From: Sulfolobales archaeon
GTDB lineage: Archaea > Thermoproteota > Thermoprotei_A > Sulfolobales > AG1
Assembly (NCBI GenBank): GCA_038867615.1
Contig: JAWBYA010000001.1
Span: 416,001 to 480,000, forward strand
Length of the DNA stretch: 64,000 nt
Reading direction: 5' to 3'
Part shown: piece after piece, positions 11,375 through 20,657 of the stretch
How positions within the stretch are numbered: position 1 is the first letter of the stretch
How the letters are laid out: the number at the start of each line of letters is the position of its first letter
Notes under the pieces: generated by a model
The model's input: only the letters and a program-made list of their open reading frames with translations
What the model was told of the DNA's origin: nothing
Database searches by the model: none
Made by a program: the position numbers and the translations under genes

Positions 11375-12928
11375 CTAGTATCCAACCATCTCCAGGATCT
11401 TTGATAGTGTTGCCTCGACAGAACTGCCTAGGGGTTGGGTTTCGACAGGGATCTCCAGGATCTTTTCTACAGGGTCTCTCACACGCTTGCTTGAGCTATC
11501 TATCCAGCCCCTCATTGATAGGGCTCTCGCCATGACCATGATCTCTATCGCTGCTATCCTCATCCCCAGCTCCACTATCTCTAGAGCCTTAAGCCCTGCG
11601 TTGAGGGAGTTGCTCACATGATCCTCGTGGTTTGCTGATGTTGGTGTGTTATCAACGGTTGCTGGGTATGCTAGGCCTCTAGCCCTGTTTATGAGGGATG
11701 CTGCTAGGTATTGGAGCATCATGAAGCCAGGGCTTTTCCCAGGGTCTTTTGAGAGGAATGGTGGGAGGCCTCTGTTCATGTTCGCGTCAAGTATTGCTGC
11801 TACTCTTCTCTCGCTCTGTGTGAGGGCTGGGATCAGGGCTATTGAGAGGAGATCCATGGCTATCCCGATCGAGATCCCGTGGAAGTTGCACCCACTAACA
11901 CACCTCCCCCTCATGAACAGGGGGTTATCGGTTACAGCGTTTATCTCCCTATCTATTGTTTCTCTCACAAAGCCGATGGCATCGCTTAGGGCTCCAAGGA
12001 TCTGGGGGATGCATCTATAGCTATATATATCCTGGACAACGCCAGACCTACCTAGGTTTCCCGAGCCCTCTAGGATCTCTCTCAACCTCTCACCCTCTCT
12101 AGAGGCGCCTGGGTGTCTCTTCAACAAGCATAGATCTGGGTCTAGATGCTCTCCAGGCGTCCCCATAGCCTCCATAGCGATGGCGCCTCCGAGTTCGAGC
12201 ATTTTGAGAAGCCTCTCAGCCCCTACGAGTGCGTGGACGGCTATTGATGTTGACATAGCGGTGTTGTTGATTATTGAGAGAGCCTCTTTAGGACCTAGGG
12301 AGATGGGCTCTAACCCCTCCTCTCTGAGAGCCTCGGCAGCATCCATCCTCCTCCCCCTCTTCTCAACAAGCCCTTCTCCGGCGAGGGCTAGGCCTATATA
12401 GGCCATTGGTGCTAGATCCCCGCTAGCACCTAGAGATCCGTATCTAGGGACTATGGGTACTATGTCTCTGTTAAGCATCTCGACCAAAAGCCCCGGGATC
12501 TCTGGCGACACGGCTGAGTATCCATTTAGTAATTGTTTAGCAAGGATCGCCATGGCTCCCCTCACAATACCCCGATCCAGAGGCTGTCCCGAACCAGTTG
12601 CATGCTCCCTCAAAAAATCCCTAGATCTCTTAGCAAACTCCACAGGATCTACGGAATAACCCTTTAAACCTCCAACGCCTGTTGAAACACCATAGCATCT
12701 CTCACCCCTCATAATAATATTTTCTAGAAACTCCTCACGCCTCTTCCTAAGGATCTCAACAGCACTACCTTCTATTTTAGCCGAAGCAAGACCTATAGAG
12801 ATCATCCACACATCCCTATAACCAACAAACCCAGAAAGATCTATAACAAGCCCCAATAACACTCCCAACACACTATACAACTGGCTACATATAAAAACAA
12901 CAAAAACACAAGGGGGCATTGCAGACAA
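11375..12928 (-). CDS. hutH: Histidine ammonia-lyase (true start probably about 20-25 codons further in)
   Basis: MIO-forming GSLGASGDLAP, YGVSTG, QDIYSYRCIPQ, DNPL and HEDHVS motifs. Confidence 0.92.
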   Translation of the reverse strand: MSAMPPCVFVVFICSQLYSVLGVLLGLVIDLSGFVGYRDVWMISIGLASAKIEGSAVEILRKRREEFLENIIMRGERCYGVSTGVGGLKGYSVDPVEFAKRSRDFLREHATGSGQPLDRGIVRGAMAILAKQLLNGYSAVSPEIPGLLVEMLNRDIVPIVPRYGSLGASGDLAPMAYIGLALAGEGLVEKRGRRMDAAEALREEGLEPISLGPKEALSIINNTAMSTSIAVHALVGAERLLKMLELGGAIAMEAMGTPGEHLDPDLCLLKRHPGASREGERLREILEGSGNLGRSGVVQDIYSYRCIPQILGALSDAIGFVRETIDREINAVTDNPLFMRGRCVSGCNFHGISIGIAMDLLSIALIPALTQSERRVAAILDANMNRGLPPFLSKDPGKSPGFMMLQYLAASLINRARGLAYPATVDNTPTSANHEDHVSNSLNAGLKALEIVELGMRIAAIEIMVMARALSMRGWIDSSSKRVRDPVEKILEIPVETQPLGSSVEATLSKILEMVGY

Positions 12929-12982
12929 TTCAATGATCCATGGGTTAGCCGCAGGGTTGGGGAACCTGAATCCACAGGATTT

Positions 12983-13108
12983 TTACTCGAACTCCTCCTC
13001 AAGATCTATATCGGCTAGGTCTCCTAACCTGGCCTCCTTACCACCGATCCTCTCTCTTCTCCCCCTGATCCACTCAATGATCTCTTCTATAGTAGATCGA
13101 CGACTCAT
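12983..13108 (-). CDS. 41-aa small protein resembling the C-terminal half of crenarchaeal VapB/AbrB antitoxins (not in ORF track)
   Basis: ATG at 13108, TAA at 12983-12985; MSRRSTIEEIIEWIRGRRERIGGKEARLGDLADIDLEEEFE; G-rich RBS-like tract upstream. Confidence 0.45.
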   Translation of the reverse strand: MSRRSTIEEIIEWIRGRRERIGGKEARLGDLADIDLEEEFE

Positions 13109-13157
13109 TTTCCCCCACTCTATATATCTCCCCCTTTCAATTCTATAATAGATCTGC
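13078..13157 (-). repeat. Solitary CRISPR-repeat-like unit, 32-nt spacer-like segment and degenerate second repeat
   Basis: Minus strand GCAGATCTATTATAGAATTGAAAG (13157-13134), then 32 nt, then GTCGATCTACTATAGAA (13101-13085). Confidence 0.5.
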
Positions 13158-13258
13158 TTACCTCTATTTTATTCTTATCCTGCTTATGAGTTTTTGATGA
13201 TCTAGTATAGGATTGAGCGTTATAAGGTTGCTGCATTTATGTTGTTTGGTGCTGTGGT

Positions 13259-14194
13259 CTGCGTGTTCTTGTTACTGGTGGTGCTGGTTTTATAGGCCAT
13301 AATATCGCTATCCATCTCTTCTCAAGGGGTTTCGATGTGGTTGTATATGATAGCATGGAGAGGGCTTCTAGGCTTGGCGTTAGGAGGCTTGGGGAGCTCG
13401 GGATCCCTGTTGTGAGGGTCGATGCTATGGGGGTGAGGGATCTCAGGGGTTTCGATGTGGTTGTCCACTGTGCTGCTTATGTTGATGTTGCTGAGTCTAT
13501 GGAGAACCCTGGGATCTATTTTAGCAATAATGTTGCTGGAACTGCTAGTGTCGCTAAGGCTTCCGCCGATTCAGGCTCTCTGATGATCTATGTGAGCTCT
13601 GCCTCTGTCTATGGAGATCCTGTGAAGATCCCTATACCAGAGGATCATCCCATAAAGCCTATCTCCCCATATGGTTTGAGCAAGGCTATGGGGGAGCAAG
13701 TTGTCGAGCTCTTCTCAAGGATCTATGGTTTGAAATATATAATCCTGAGACTCTTCAACGTCTACGGCCCCGGGCAGAGCCAATCATACGCGGGGGTTAT
13801 AACCAGGTTTATAGAGAGCGTCTTGAGAAGAGAACCCCCAAGGATCTATGGCGATGGAACCCAGACAAGGGATTTCATCCACGTATCAGACGTAGCCAGG
13901 GCTGTAGAGCTCGCTATAGAGAGAAAAGCCTATAACGAGGTATTCAACATAGGATCCGGAAAACAGATCTCGATCCTAGAGCTAGCCAAGCTAATAATGA
14001 GGCTAGCAAACCTCGAAGGAGAACCAGTGTTCGACAAACCAAGGCCTGGTGATATAAAGCACAGCCTCGCAGACATATCGAGGGCTAGAAAAATCCTCGG
14101 CTTCGAACCCTCAATACCCCTAGAAAAAGGTCTCGAGGATCTATTGAGAACATGGTATAGATATCAGTCTACAAACCATTCTTCACCGCCATAG
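13259..14194 (+). CDS. NAD-dependent epimerase/dehydratase (GalE-like extended SDR), probable CTG start
   Basis: In-frame RVLVTGGAGFIGH lies upstream of the track start (13337); YGLSK (YxxxK), RLFNVYGP, RDFIHV. Confidence 0.9.
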   Translation: MRVLVTGGAGFIGHNIAIHLFSRGFDVVVYDSMERASRLGVRRLGELGIPVVRVDAMGVRDLRGFDVVVHCAAYVDVAESMENPGIYFSNNVAGTASVAKASADSGSLMIYVSSASVYGDPVKIPIPEDHPIKPISPYGLSKAMGEQVVELFSRIYGLKYIILRLFNVYGPGQSQSYAGVITRFIESVLRREPPRIYGDGTQTRDFIHVSDVARAVELAIERKAYNEVFNIGSGKQISILELAKLIMRLANLEGEPVFDKPRPGDIKHSLADISRARKILGFEPSIPLEKGLEDLLRTWYRYQSTNHSSPP

Positions 14195-14488
14195 ATCATT
14201 AAAACCACATTTAGAAACCTCCTAACATTCGCATAAAATCTGTTGGCAACGATCCGGTCTCTATAGACTCTAGGTGATGGAAGCAACATTCTAAGCCATT
14301 CGAGGATGATCTACTAAACCTGAACCTAAACAAGGGCCCATGCTGTTGAGCTCAACGGCAGCCCACGAACCCATGTGGATAAAAAGATCCCTGTGGCGCG
14401 TTGAAGTCACTTGATATGGCCATGAATGAAGATAAAGTGATCTGAATGAATATCCAGGGACATACGGTTTAGGGTGGATCCAAAGACC

Positions 14489-14696
14489 GGGGTTCAGGTT
14501 TCATAGCGGTTTTCTCTATCAACCGCTCTTCCCATATCCTCGGTCTCGGCTCAATGCTGTGGGGAACCCTACATCCTGGCTTTTATTTAACCCGCCTGCT
14601 TGGGTCTCTATCTCTATCCTCGTTGAATGTTACCATAGGACTATGATCTAATATCAATCCATATAAACCATCGTGAAACTCGAAACAGTCGGCTAC
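14489..14696 (-). mobile_element. 208-bp non-autonomous element, internally deleted sibling of 33143-33486
   Basis: Same termini (GGGGTTC...GGCTAC) and collinear similar internal blocks, e.g. TGCTGTGGGGAACCC, GGGTCTCTAT, TATAAACCATC, CGAAACAG. Confidence 0.75.
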
Positions 14697-14842
14697 AGCG
14701 GCTTGAGGGTGTGGAGCTTTATCTTTTAGTAGTGTTATGGTCGTGTTCTCAGCTTGCTGATGCAGGTCTTGCAGGCACAGATATATTCTAATTAAAATGA
14801 AGGGTTCGGGTTTGTGTGGATATTAAGAGGCGAGGATCTGTT

Positions 14843-16048
14843 TTAGGTTTGTGGTTTGCTTAGTTTTGAGGCGAACATTATTAGTTCTAGGTCGTGGTAT
14901 CTTTTCCCAATGATCTGTATTCCTACTGGCATGCCTTGGGATTTTAGGAGGGGTATTGATATTGCTGGGGCTCCTACGAGGGATGGGTAGATCACGTTGC
15001 TTGTGAGTATTGCTCTTATCTCTCCATCTTCTTTTCCCAGGACTTCCTCGATTTTTGGTGCTGGGATTGGGGTTGTTGGTGTTACTAGGAAGTCAACTTC
15101 TTTCATGGCTTTATCGAACTCCCTGGTTATTGCTTCCTTCATGTGGAGGGCCTCTATATATTCTGTAGCCTTGTACTCGAGCCCTCTCTCTAGTAGTCTT
15201 CTCACATCTTGGTGGAGCTCTCCCCACCTATCCCTTATGCCTAGGAATGTTCTTGTAGCCTCGCTATACCTTATTGCTGGGAATACTGAGTATAGGTTTC
15301 TCACTGCTAGCTCTAGCTCGACCTCCTTGTATTTGAAGCCTGATAGGAATCTATAGAATTCCTTCTCAACCTCTTCGGAGGCTTTGAAGAGCCCTGAGGG
15401 GATCCCTAGCACGGCTTTATCCGGATCTATCTCTCTCACCTTCTTTCTAAGTATATCGGGTCTGGCTATGATCCTGAATACCCTCTCGATCCACTCGGTG
15501 TTAGAGGCAATGATCCCTACGTGGTCTAGGCTTGGGGCTAGGGGATAGAGCCCTGAGGAGGGGATCGAGCCGTAGCTGGGTTTCAGGCCATAGACGCCGC
15601 AGAGGGATGAAGGGATCCTCACAGAACCCGCTGTATCACTCCCAAGAGCTACTGGGACAATCCCCGCTGCAACTGCTGCTGCAGAGCCACCGCTACTCCC
15701 ACCAGCTATTCTTGAGAGATCGTGGGGGTTTCTCGTAGGGCCGAAAACCGAGGATGTTGTTGTAACGCCTGAGGCTAGCTCGTGTGTGTTGGTTTTTCCA
15801 ACCATGATCCCGCCTGATCTCTTGATCCTGCGGATAACCTCGGCATCTATAGATGGTATGAGGTCGTAGAAGACCTTGGAGCCGAGGGTTGTTCTAATAC
15901 CCCTCGTCATAATGTTATCTTTAACAGCTATTGGGAAGATCTCTAAACCCGCTGATAAAGCTTCTCTAGCCTCTTTCTCAGCGTTGGGGTTCCACGTAAC
16001 TATAGCGTTGATCTTCTTGTTCTCCTCTATAGCGTTGAGGGATCTCAT
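14843..16048 (-). CDS. Amidase (amidase-signature family)
   Basis: AVKDNI, GKTNTHE, GGSSGGSAAAVA and GSDTAGSVRIP motifs. Confidence 0.92.
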   Translation of the reverse strand: MRSLNAIEENKKINAIVTWNPNAEKEAREALSAGLEIFPIAVKDNIMTRGIRTTLGSKVFYDLIPSIDAEVIRRIKRSGGIMVGKTNTHELASGVTTTSSVFGPTRNPHDLSRIAGGSSGGSAAAVAAGIVPVALGSDTAGSVRIPSSLCGVYGLKPSYGSIPSSGLYPLAPSLDHVGIIASNTEWIERVFRIIARPDILRKKVREIDPDKAVLGIPSGLFKASEEVEKEFYRFLSGFKYKEVELELAVRNLYSVFPAIRYSEATRTFLGIRDRWGELHQDVRRLLERGLEYKATEYIEALHMKEAITREFDKAMKEVDFLVTPTTPIPAPKIEEVLGKEDGEIRAILTSNVIYPSLVGAPAISIPLLKSQGMPVGIQIIGKRYHDLELIMFASKLSKPQT

Positions 16049-16212
16049 GACAAGATCCAGGGTCGTGGAGCAACACCAAAAAGAATCACTATAAGAGCTA
16101 TATAATAGATGCTATTAACACCACACGATCCGCCTTAATCAATAGTAAGAAATAGAGCGTTGGAGAGGTAGGGATTTATATAGCCATCACCAAAAACACT
16201 TGGTGCCCCGGC

Positions 16213-17307
16213 TTGGTTGTTAAGGTTAGTGTCTCTCCCAATAAGAGATGCGCGGATCAAGAGGATGTTTGTCATAACAGATGGCACCCCGATATAAAGC
16301 CAGCTGTCGAGATAAGCCCGGGCGACGAGATCGTGCTAGAGACCCTCGATGCCCTGGATGGCCAGATAAGGGATACGCCTGACACTAGCGATATCGCTAA
16401 TATAGATGCAGGCCCTGTCCACCCGCTCACAGGGCCTATCTATGTTAAGGGCGCCGAGCCCGGTGATCTCCTAGTAGTGAGGATCCTTGATGCAGGACCT
16501 CTCGGAAGCTTTGGCTATACCTTTGTAACAAAGGGTTTCGGCTTTCTGAGAGACGTGTTCGACAAACCCTACAAGGTTAGGTGGGAGCTTGGGAGGCATT
16601 ACGCATCAAGCCCAGATATACCTGGTGTGAGGATCCCTGCAGCCCCCTTCCCAGGCGTGATTGGTGTCGCCCCGTCGAGGGAGCAGGTTAGGGAGTGGAG
16701 GTCTAGGGAGGCTGGGATAGCATCTAAAGGGGGTCTCGTGCTTCTTCCAGACCCGAGGGGTGCTGTACCCTCTAGAGAGCCGATAGCTTCTGAGGGTCTT
16801 AGGACGCTGCCTCCGAGGGAGAATGGGGGTAATCTCGATGTGAGGAACCTAGCACCAGGATCAGAGATCCTGTTCCCGGTTTTCGTGAGAGGAGCTCTAC
16901 TATCTGTTGGTGATATGCACTACGCCCAGGGTGATGGTGAGGTTAGTGTTACTGCTATAGAGATGGGGGGTGTTATAAGGCTCTCTATCTCTCTGATCAA
17001 GGATGGTGCTAGGAAGTATGGTTTGAAGAGGCCTCTCTATAGACCCTCGCCCCTCGCGGAAGCCTATAAAGACTATATATGCATAGCAGGGCTTAATCTG
17101 GATAGTGCTGAGGATGCTACGAGTGCTGCTAGGGATGGGCTTCTCAACATGATCGAGTTCTTGGAGAGGACTGGTTATGATAGATACCAGGCATATATTC
17201 TGTTCAGCGTGGCCGGTTTCCTCAGGCTGAGTCAGGTTGTTGATGTACCCACATATACAATCTCGGCGTGTATTCCTAGGGAGGTGTTTACAAAAATTTC
17301 TATCTAG
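16213..17307 (+). CDS. Acetamidase/formamidase (FmdA/AmdA family)
   Basis: HNRWHPDI, HPLTGPI, PRENGGNLD and GDMHYAQGDGEV motifs. Confidence 0.92.
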   Translation: MVVKVSVSPNKRCADQEDVCHNRWHPDIKPAVEISPGDEIVLETLDALDGQIRDTPDTSDIANIDAGPVHPLTGPIYVKGAEPGDLLVVRILDAGPLGSFGYTFVTKGFGFLRDVFDKPYKVRWELGRHYASSPDIPGVRIPAAPFPGVIGVAPSREQVREWRSREAGIASKGGLVLLPDPRGAVPSREPIASEGLRTLPPRENGGNLDVRNLAPGSEILFPVFVRGALLSVGDMHYAQGDGEVSVTAIEMGGVIRLSISLIKDGARKYGLKRPLYRPSPLAEAYKDYICIAGLNLDSAEDATSAARDGLLNMIEFLERTGYDRYQAYILFSVAGFLRLSQVVDVPTYTISACIPREVFTKISI

Positions 17308-17386
17308 CCTCGGCAAGCTGGCAAGTGTGGACTATATGTGTGGCTAAGCTTTTTAACGTCTCCTCGCTATACTTATTGGTGATGTC

Positions 17387-17668
17387 TTGCCGGCTCAGCA
17401 GAAGCCAGAGAGCCCTATAAAGGTTCTGAGGGCTGCTATGTCTAAGACTGTTATGGTTAAGCTGAAGGATGGTTCGGAGTTTGTGGGTAGGCTTGACCTT
17501 ACGGATGGGACTATGAATGTTGTTCTGAGCGATGCTGTGCAGGTTAGGGAGGGGAGCGATGAGCCTGCTACTAAGTTTGGGAAGATATTGATTAGGGGTA
17601 GCCAGATACTCTATATCTCTACTGACTATATCGCTACTGAGTATGGTGAGAAGAGCCTTACCGGCTAG
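17387..17668 (+). CDS. Sm-like archaeal protein (Lsm/SmAP)
   Basis: Sm1 motif (VKLKDG...GRL...D.TMNVVL) and Sm2 motif (ILIRGSQILYI). Confidence 0.92.
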   Translation: MPAQQKPESPIKVLRAAMSKTVMVKLKDGSEFVGRLDLTDGTMNVVLSDAVQVREGSDEPATKFGKILIRGSQILYISTDYIATEYGEKSLTG

Positions 17669-17691
17669 GAGGTGGGTTTCTGCCCCTCCTG

Positions 17692-18570
17692 TTGAAGATC
17701 TATTCGGGCCTATCTAGGGAGGAGATCCTTGTTCTCAGAAGCCTTGCATCTCTTGTAAAGCTATATGAACACGTACCAGTAGAGGTTATTAAGAGGAGGA
17801 CGGGTCTTCCTGAGACACGTGTACCAAAGATCCTTAGGAGTCTTGTGGGCAGCCGTCTAATAGTTCCCCACAAGGTTTATGGGGATATGTATAGACCGAC
17901 ATTCATGGGGCTTAACATAGCCTCTCTACATGGCCTCCTCGGGAGGGGTGTTATAGATGCTCTTGGTGATAGGATAGGTGTTGGTAAGGAGAGCCTGGTA
18001 TACCTGGCATATAAGAATGGAGAGCCCTTGATCGTTAAGTTCCACAGGATAGGTATTAAGAGCTTCAGGCATGTGGTTAGGGTTAGGAGCTATGGCGGGG
18101 GGTTTGAGAGGCTCTGGTGGGGTGCTAGGAGTGTTATCTCTGCTGAGAGGGAGCACAGGGCGTTAGAGATCCTTAGCAGGGTTGGGGCTAGGGTTCCAAG
18201 GCCTTTTGGTAGGGAGTATAATGCTGTGGTTATGGAGTATATAGAGGGTGTCGATCTATATAGGGCTGGGGATCTTGAGAACCCCTTAGCTGTGTTGGAG
18301 GATATTATCGATACGGCTAGGAAGGCCTATATAGATGCTGGGATTGTTCACGGAGATCTAAGCCCCTTCAACGTTATTGTCTCGAGGGGTGGTGCTGAGA
18401 ATGGCTATGTTATTGACTGGCCCCAGTGGATCAAGGCTGGTGATCGTGTTTCCCACGAGATCCTTAGGAGGGATCTTAGATATATGGCTGAGTTCTTCTC
18501 TAAGAAATACGGGTTGGGAATAGATCCCGAGGATCTATTCGCAAGGGTTGTTGGGAGCGATGGGCGGTGA
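17692..18570 (+). CDS. RIO2-type atypical serine kinase
   Basis: N-terminal wHTH-like region, GVGKES, VKFHR, HGDLSPFN and IDWPQ motifs. Confidence 0.9.
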   Translation: MKIYSGLSREEILVLRSLASLVKLYEHVPVEVIKRRTGLPETRVPKILRSLVGSRLIVPHKVYGDMYRPTFMGLNIASLHGLLGRGVIDALGDRIGVGKESLVYLAYKNGEPLIVKFHRIGIKSFRHVVRVRSYGGGFERLWWGARSVISAEREHRALEILSRVGARVPRPFGREYNAVVMEYIEGVDLYRAGDLENPLAVLEDIIDTARKAYIDAGIVHGDLSPFNVIVSRGGAENGYVIDWPQWIKAGDRVSHEILRRDLRYMAEFFSKKYGLGIDPEDLFARVVGSDGR

Positions 18571-20578
18571 TAGCGTAGTCTCTATGGGGATAGATCTCTA
18601 TAGGGGGAGCCCGGCCTCGAGGCTTAGGGCGACATATGCTGTTTGCATTGTTAGGGGTGGGGAGGTTATATATGAGGCTACAGATCTCCCACTACCCAAG
18701 GTGATCAGGCTTGCCCTTGAGTATAAGCCTAACTACATAGTGATCGATAATCTCTACGAGCTTGCCAGGTCTAAGAGGGAGCTTTTGAAGGTACTCTCGT
18801 TATTCCCCTATGGGAGCCAGATACTCCTGGCGACTTTCAGCGATGCTGAGGGTTTCAAGGATCTCAGGGATATTGCTGCTGAGCACGGTATTCTTGAGAG
18901 TAGGAGGAAGCAGGATCCCCAGAGTACTGCCAGGATACTGGCTATGCTTGGTCAGAGGGGTGTGGGGCATCCTATAAGGGTTTGGGAGGAGAGGACTAAG
19001 GTTATAGTCTCTAAGGGGAGGTCTGGGAGGGCTGGGGGTAGTTCTGAGGATAGGTATCTCAGGGGTTTGAGAACCGCTGTTCTTAGGTATGTGAGGAGGA
19101 TTAGGGATGCTCTGGATAGTGCTAAGATTCCTTACCAGCTATCCTATAGAAAGGCTGAGGGCGGTCTTGACAGGGCTGTGTTTATAATAGATGCTCCTAA
19201 GGATAAGCTTGCTGGGATTGTGAGGAGTAAGAGGGGTAGGTATGTTACTGTGAGGGTTAGGCCTATTGCTAGGACTAGGGTTGTGATTTCCGAGAATATT
19301 GAGAGGAGGATGAGGCCTGTAATAGCTGGTGTGGATCCTGGGAGTGAGTATGGTGTTGCTGTGATAGATCTTGATGGGAGGGTTATAGCTACGGAGACTA
19401 TAAAGGGTGGCGATGTTTTACAGGCAATATCCTCTATACTTAGATACGGAACCCCGGTTCTTGTTGCTAGTGATAAGAAACCCGTGCCGGAGGCTGTTAG
19501 GAGGGTTGCTGCTGCCTTTAATGCCAAGCTTTACGAGCCTGACTATGTTGTTAGTGATCAGGAGAAGAGCTCTCTGGTAGCCTCCTCGGGATACCGGGTT
19601 GGGTCTGTGCATGAGAGGGATGCTCTTGCGGCTTGTCTCCTGGCTTATAAGGGCTATGTTAAGAAGTTTGAGCAGGTTGAGAGGATCCTGGAGTCCCTCG
19701 AGATCAAGATCCCTGTTTCGAGGGTTAAGGCCGAGGTGATCAAGGGTTCGAGCATAGCTTCAGCTATAGAGGCTGCTATCGAGGATGTGATCGGGAGCTT
19801 GGAGGAGGATCTGTATAGGGATACGAGTATTATTCAGAAGCTTGTTAGGGAGGCTATCGAGGATGAGGGTAAGATAAGGAATCTTGAGAGAAGGATCTCT
19901 GAGCTTCTCTCGGAGAGGCAGGTTCTTCTAGACAGGGTCAGGGGGCTTGAGGAGGAGCTTAGGAGGATCTCGAGTGAGTATGAGGCCTTCAGGAGGAGTG
20001 TTAGGGTTGAGGTTGAGAGGGAGAGGGCTGTGGCTTCCTTGATAGATAGGCTTAGGTCTTGTCAGGATTCCTATAGATCTCTTGAGGAGGCTCTTGGAGA
20101 GCTTAGAAGGAGTCTCGAGGATCTGAGGAGGATTATTCTTGAGTATGATGAGAGGGGGTATAGGAAGATCCAGAGGATCTATGCCCCGGTAGATGAGGAG
20201 GATCTCGAGGATATAGTTAAAAAAGGACCTATAGATGGGATCTATATCCTCTACACAGAAGACCCCGAGTCCCTGAAGAGACAGGATATAGAGTATATAA
20301 GGAGTAGGCTGAAGAGAATAGCCCTCATAGCACCGAGATGCCCATTCAAATACACAGGGGATAGGGAGGAGCATGTAGTATGTATAGAAACACCCCCTGA
20401 GCTGGTTGCCACTATCTCGAACAAATATGTGCTTATAGATAGACCAGCATTGGAGAAGATCAAGGGGTATTATAGAGAGCTCTACAACACAATACCAAAG
20501 AAGCCTGGAATGAGTGAGGAGGATCTGGAGAGGCTTATAATGGAGTACAGAGGATCTAAGCTCTCTTCTAAAGGATAG
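18548..20578 (+). CDS. DUF460-domain protein (RNase H-like regions plus coiled coil)
   Basis: MGIDL, IDNLYEL, GRSGRAGGSS..RY, GVDPG, HERDALAA, long coiled coil. Confidence 0.82.
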   Translation: MLGAMGGDSVVSMGIDLYRGSPASRLRATYAVCIVRGGEVIYEATDLPLPKVIRLALEYKPNYIVIDNLYELARSKRELLKVLSLFPYGSQILLATFSDAEGFKDLRDIAAEHGILESRRKQDPQSTARILAMLGQRGVGHPIRVWEERTKVIVSKGRSGRAGGSSEDRYLRGLRTAVLRYVRRIRDALDSAKIPYQLSYRKAEGGLDRAVFIIDAPKDKLAGIVRSKRGRYVTVRVRPIARTRVVISENIERRMRPVIAGVDPGSEYGVAVIDLDGRVIATETIKGGDVLQAISSILRYGTPVLVASDKKPVPEAVRRVAAAFNAKLYEPDYVVSDQEKSSLVASSGYRVGSVHERDALAACLLAYKGYVKKFEQVERILESLEIKIPVSRVKAEVIKGSSIASAIEAAIEDVIGSLEEDLYRDTSIIQKLVREAIEDEGKIRNLERRISELLSERQVLLDRVRGLEEELRRISSEYEAFRRSVRVEVERERAVASLIDRLRSCQDSYRSLEEALGELRRSLEDLRRIILEYDERGYRKIQRIYAPVDEEDLEDIVKKGPIDGIYILYTEDPESLKRQDIEYIRSRLKRIALIAPRCPFKYTGDREEHVVCIETPPELVATISNKYVLIDRPALEKIKGYYRELYNTIPKKPGMSEEDLERLIMEYRGSKLSSKG

Positions 20579-20657
20579 CCAGGGCTGCTCCGATCAGCTT
20601 ATCGCCACAGGATCTTTAGGGCTATATGCCTCCGAGGGGAGATATAGTGGTGTTAGC

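Noticed and set aside
13325-13464. 20-bp repeat AGGGGTTTCGATGTGGTTGT twice, 120 bp apart, in the epimerase
   Set aside because: Both copies encode RGFDVVV in Rossmann-fold strands; only two copies and no array or element structure
20636-20646. 11-nt match between the start of the 13.1-kb spacer-like segment (GGGGAGATATA) and the comA upstream region
   Set aside because: Short, low-complexity, and the adjacent bases (CGA) are not a CCN PAM; compatible with chance
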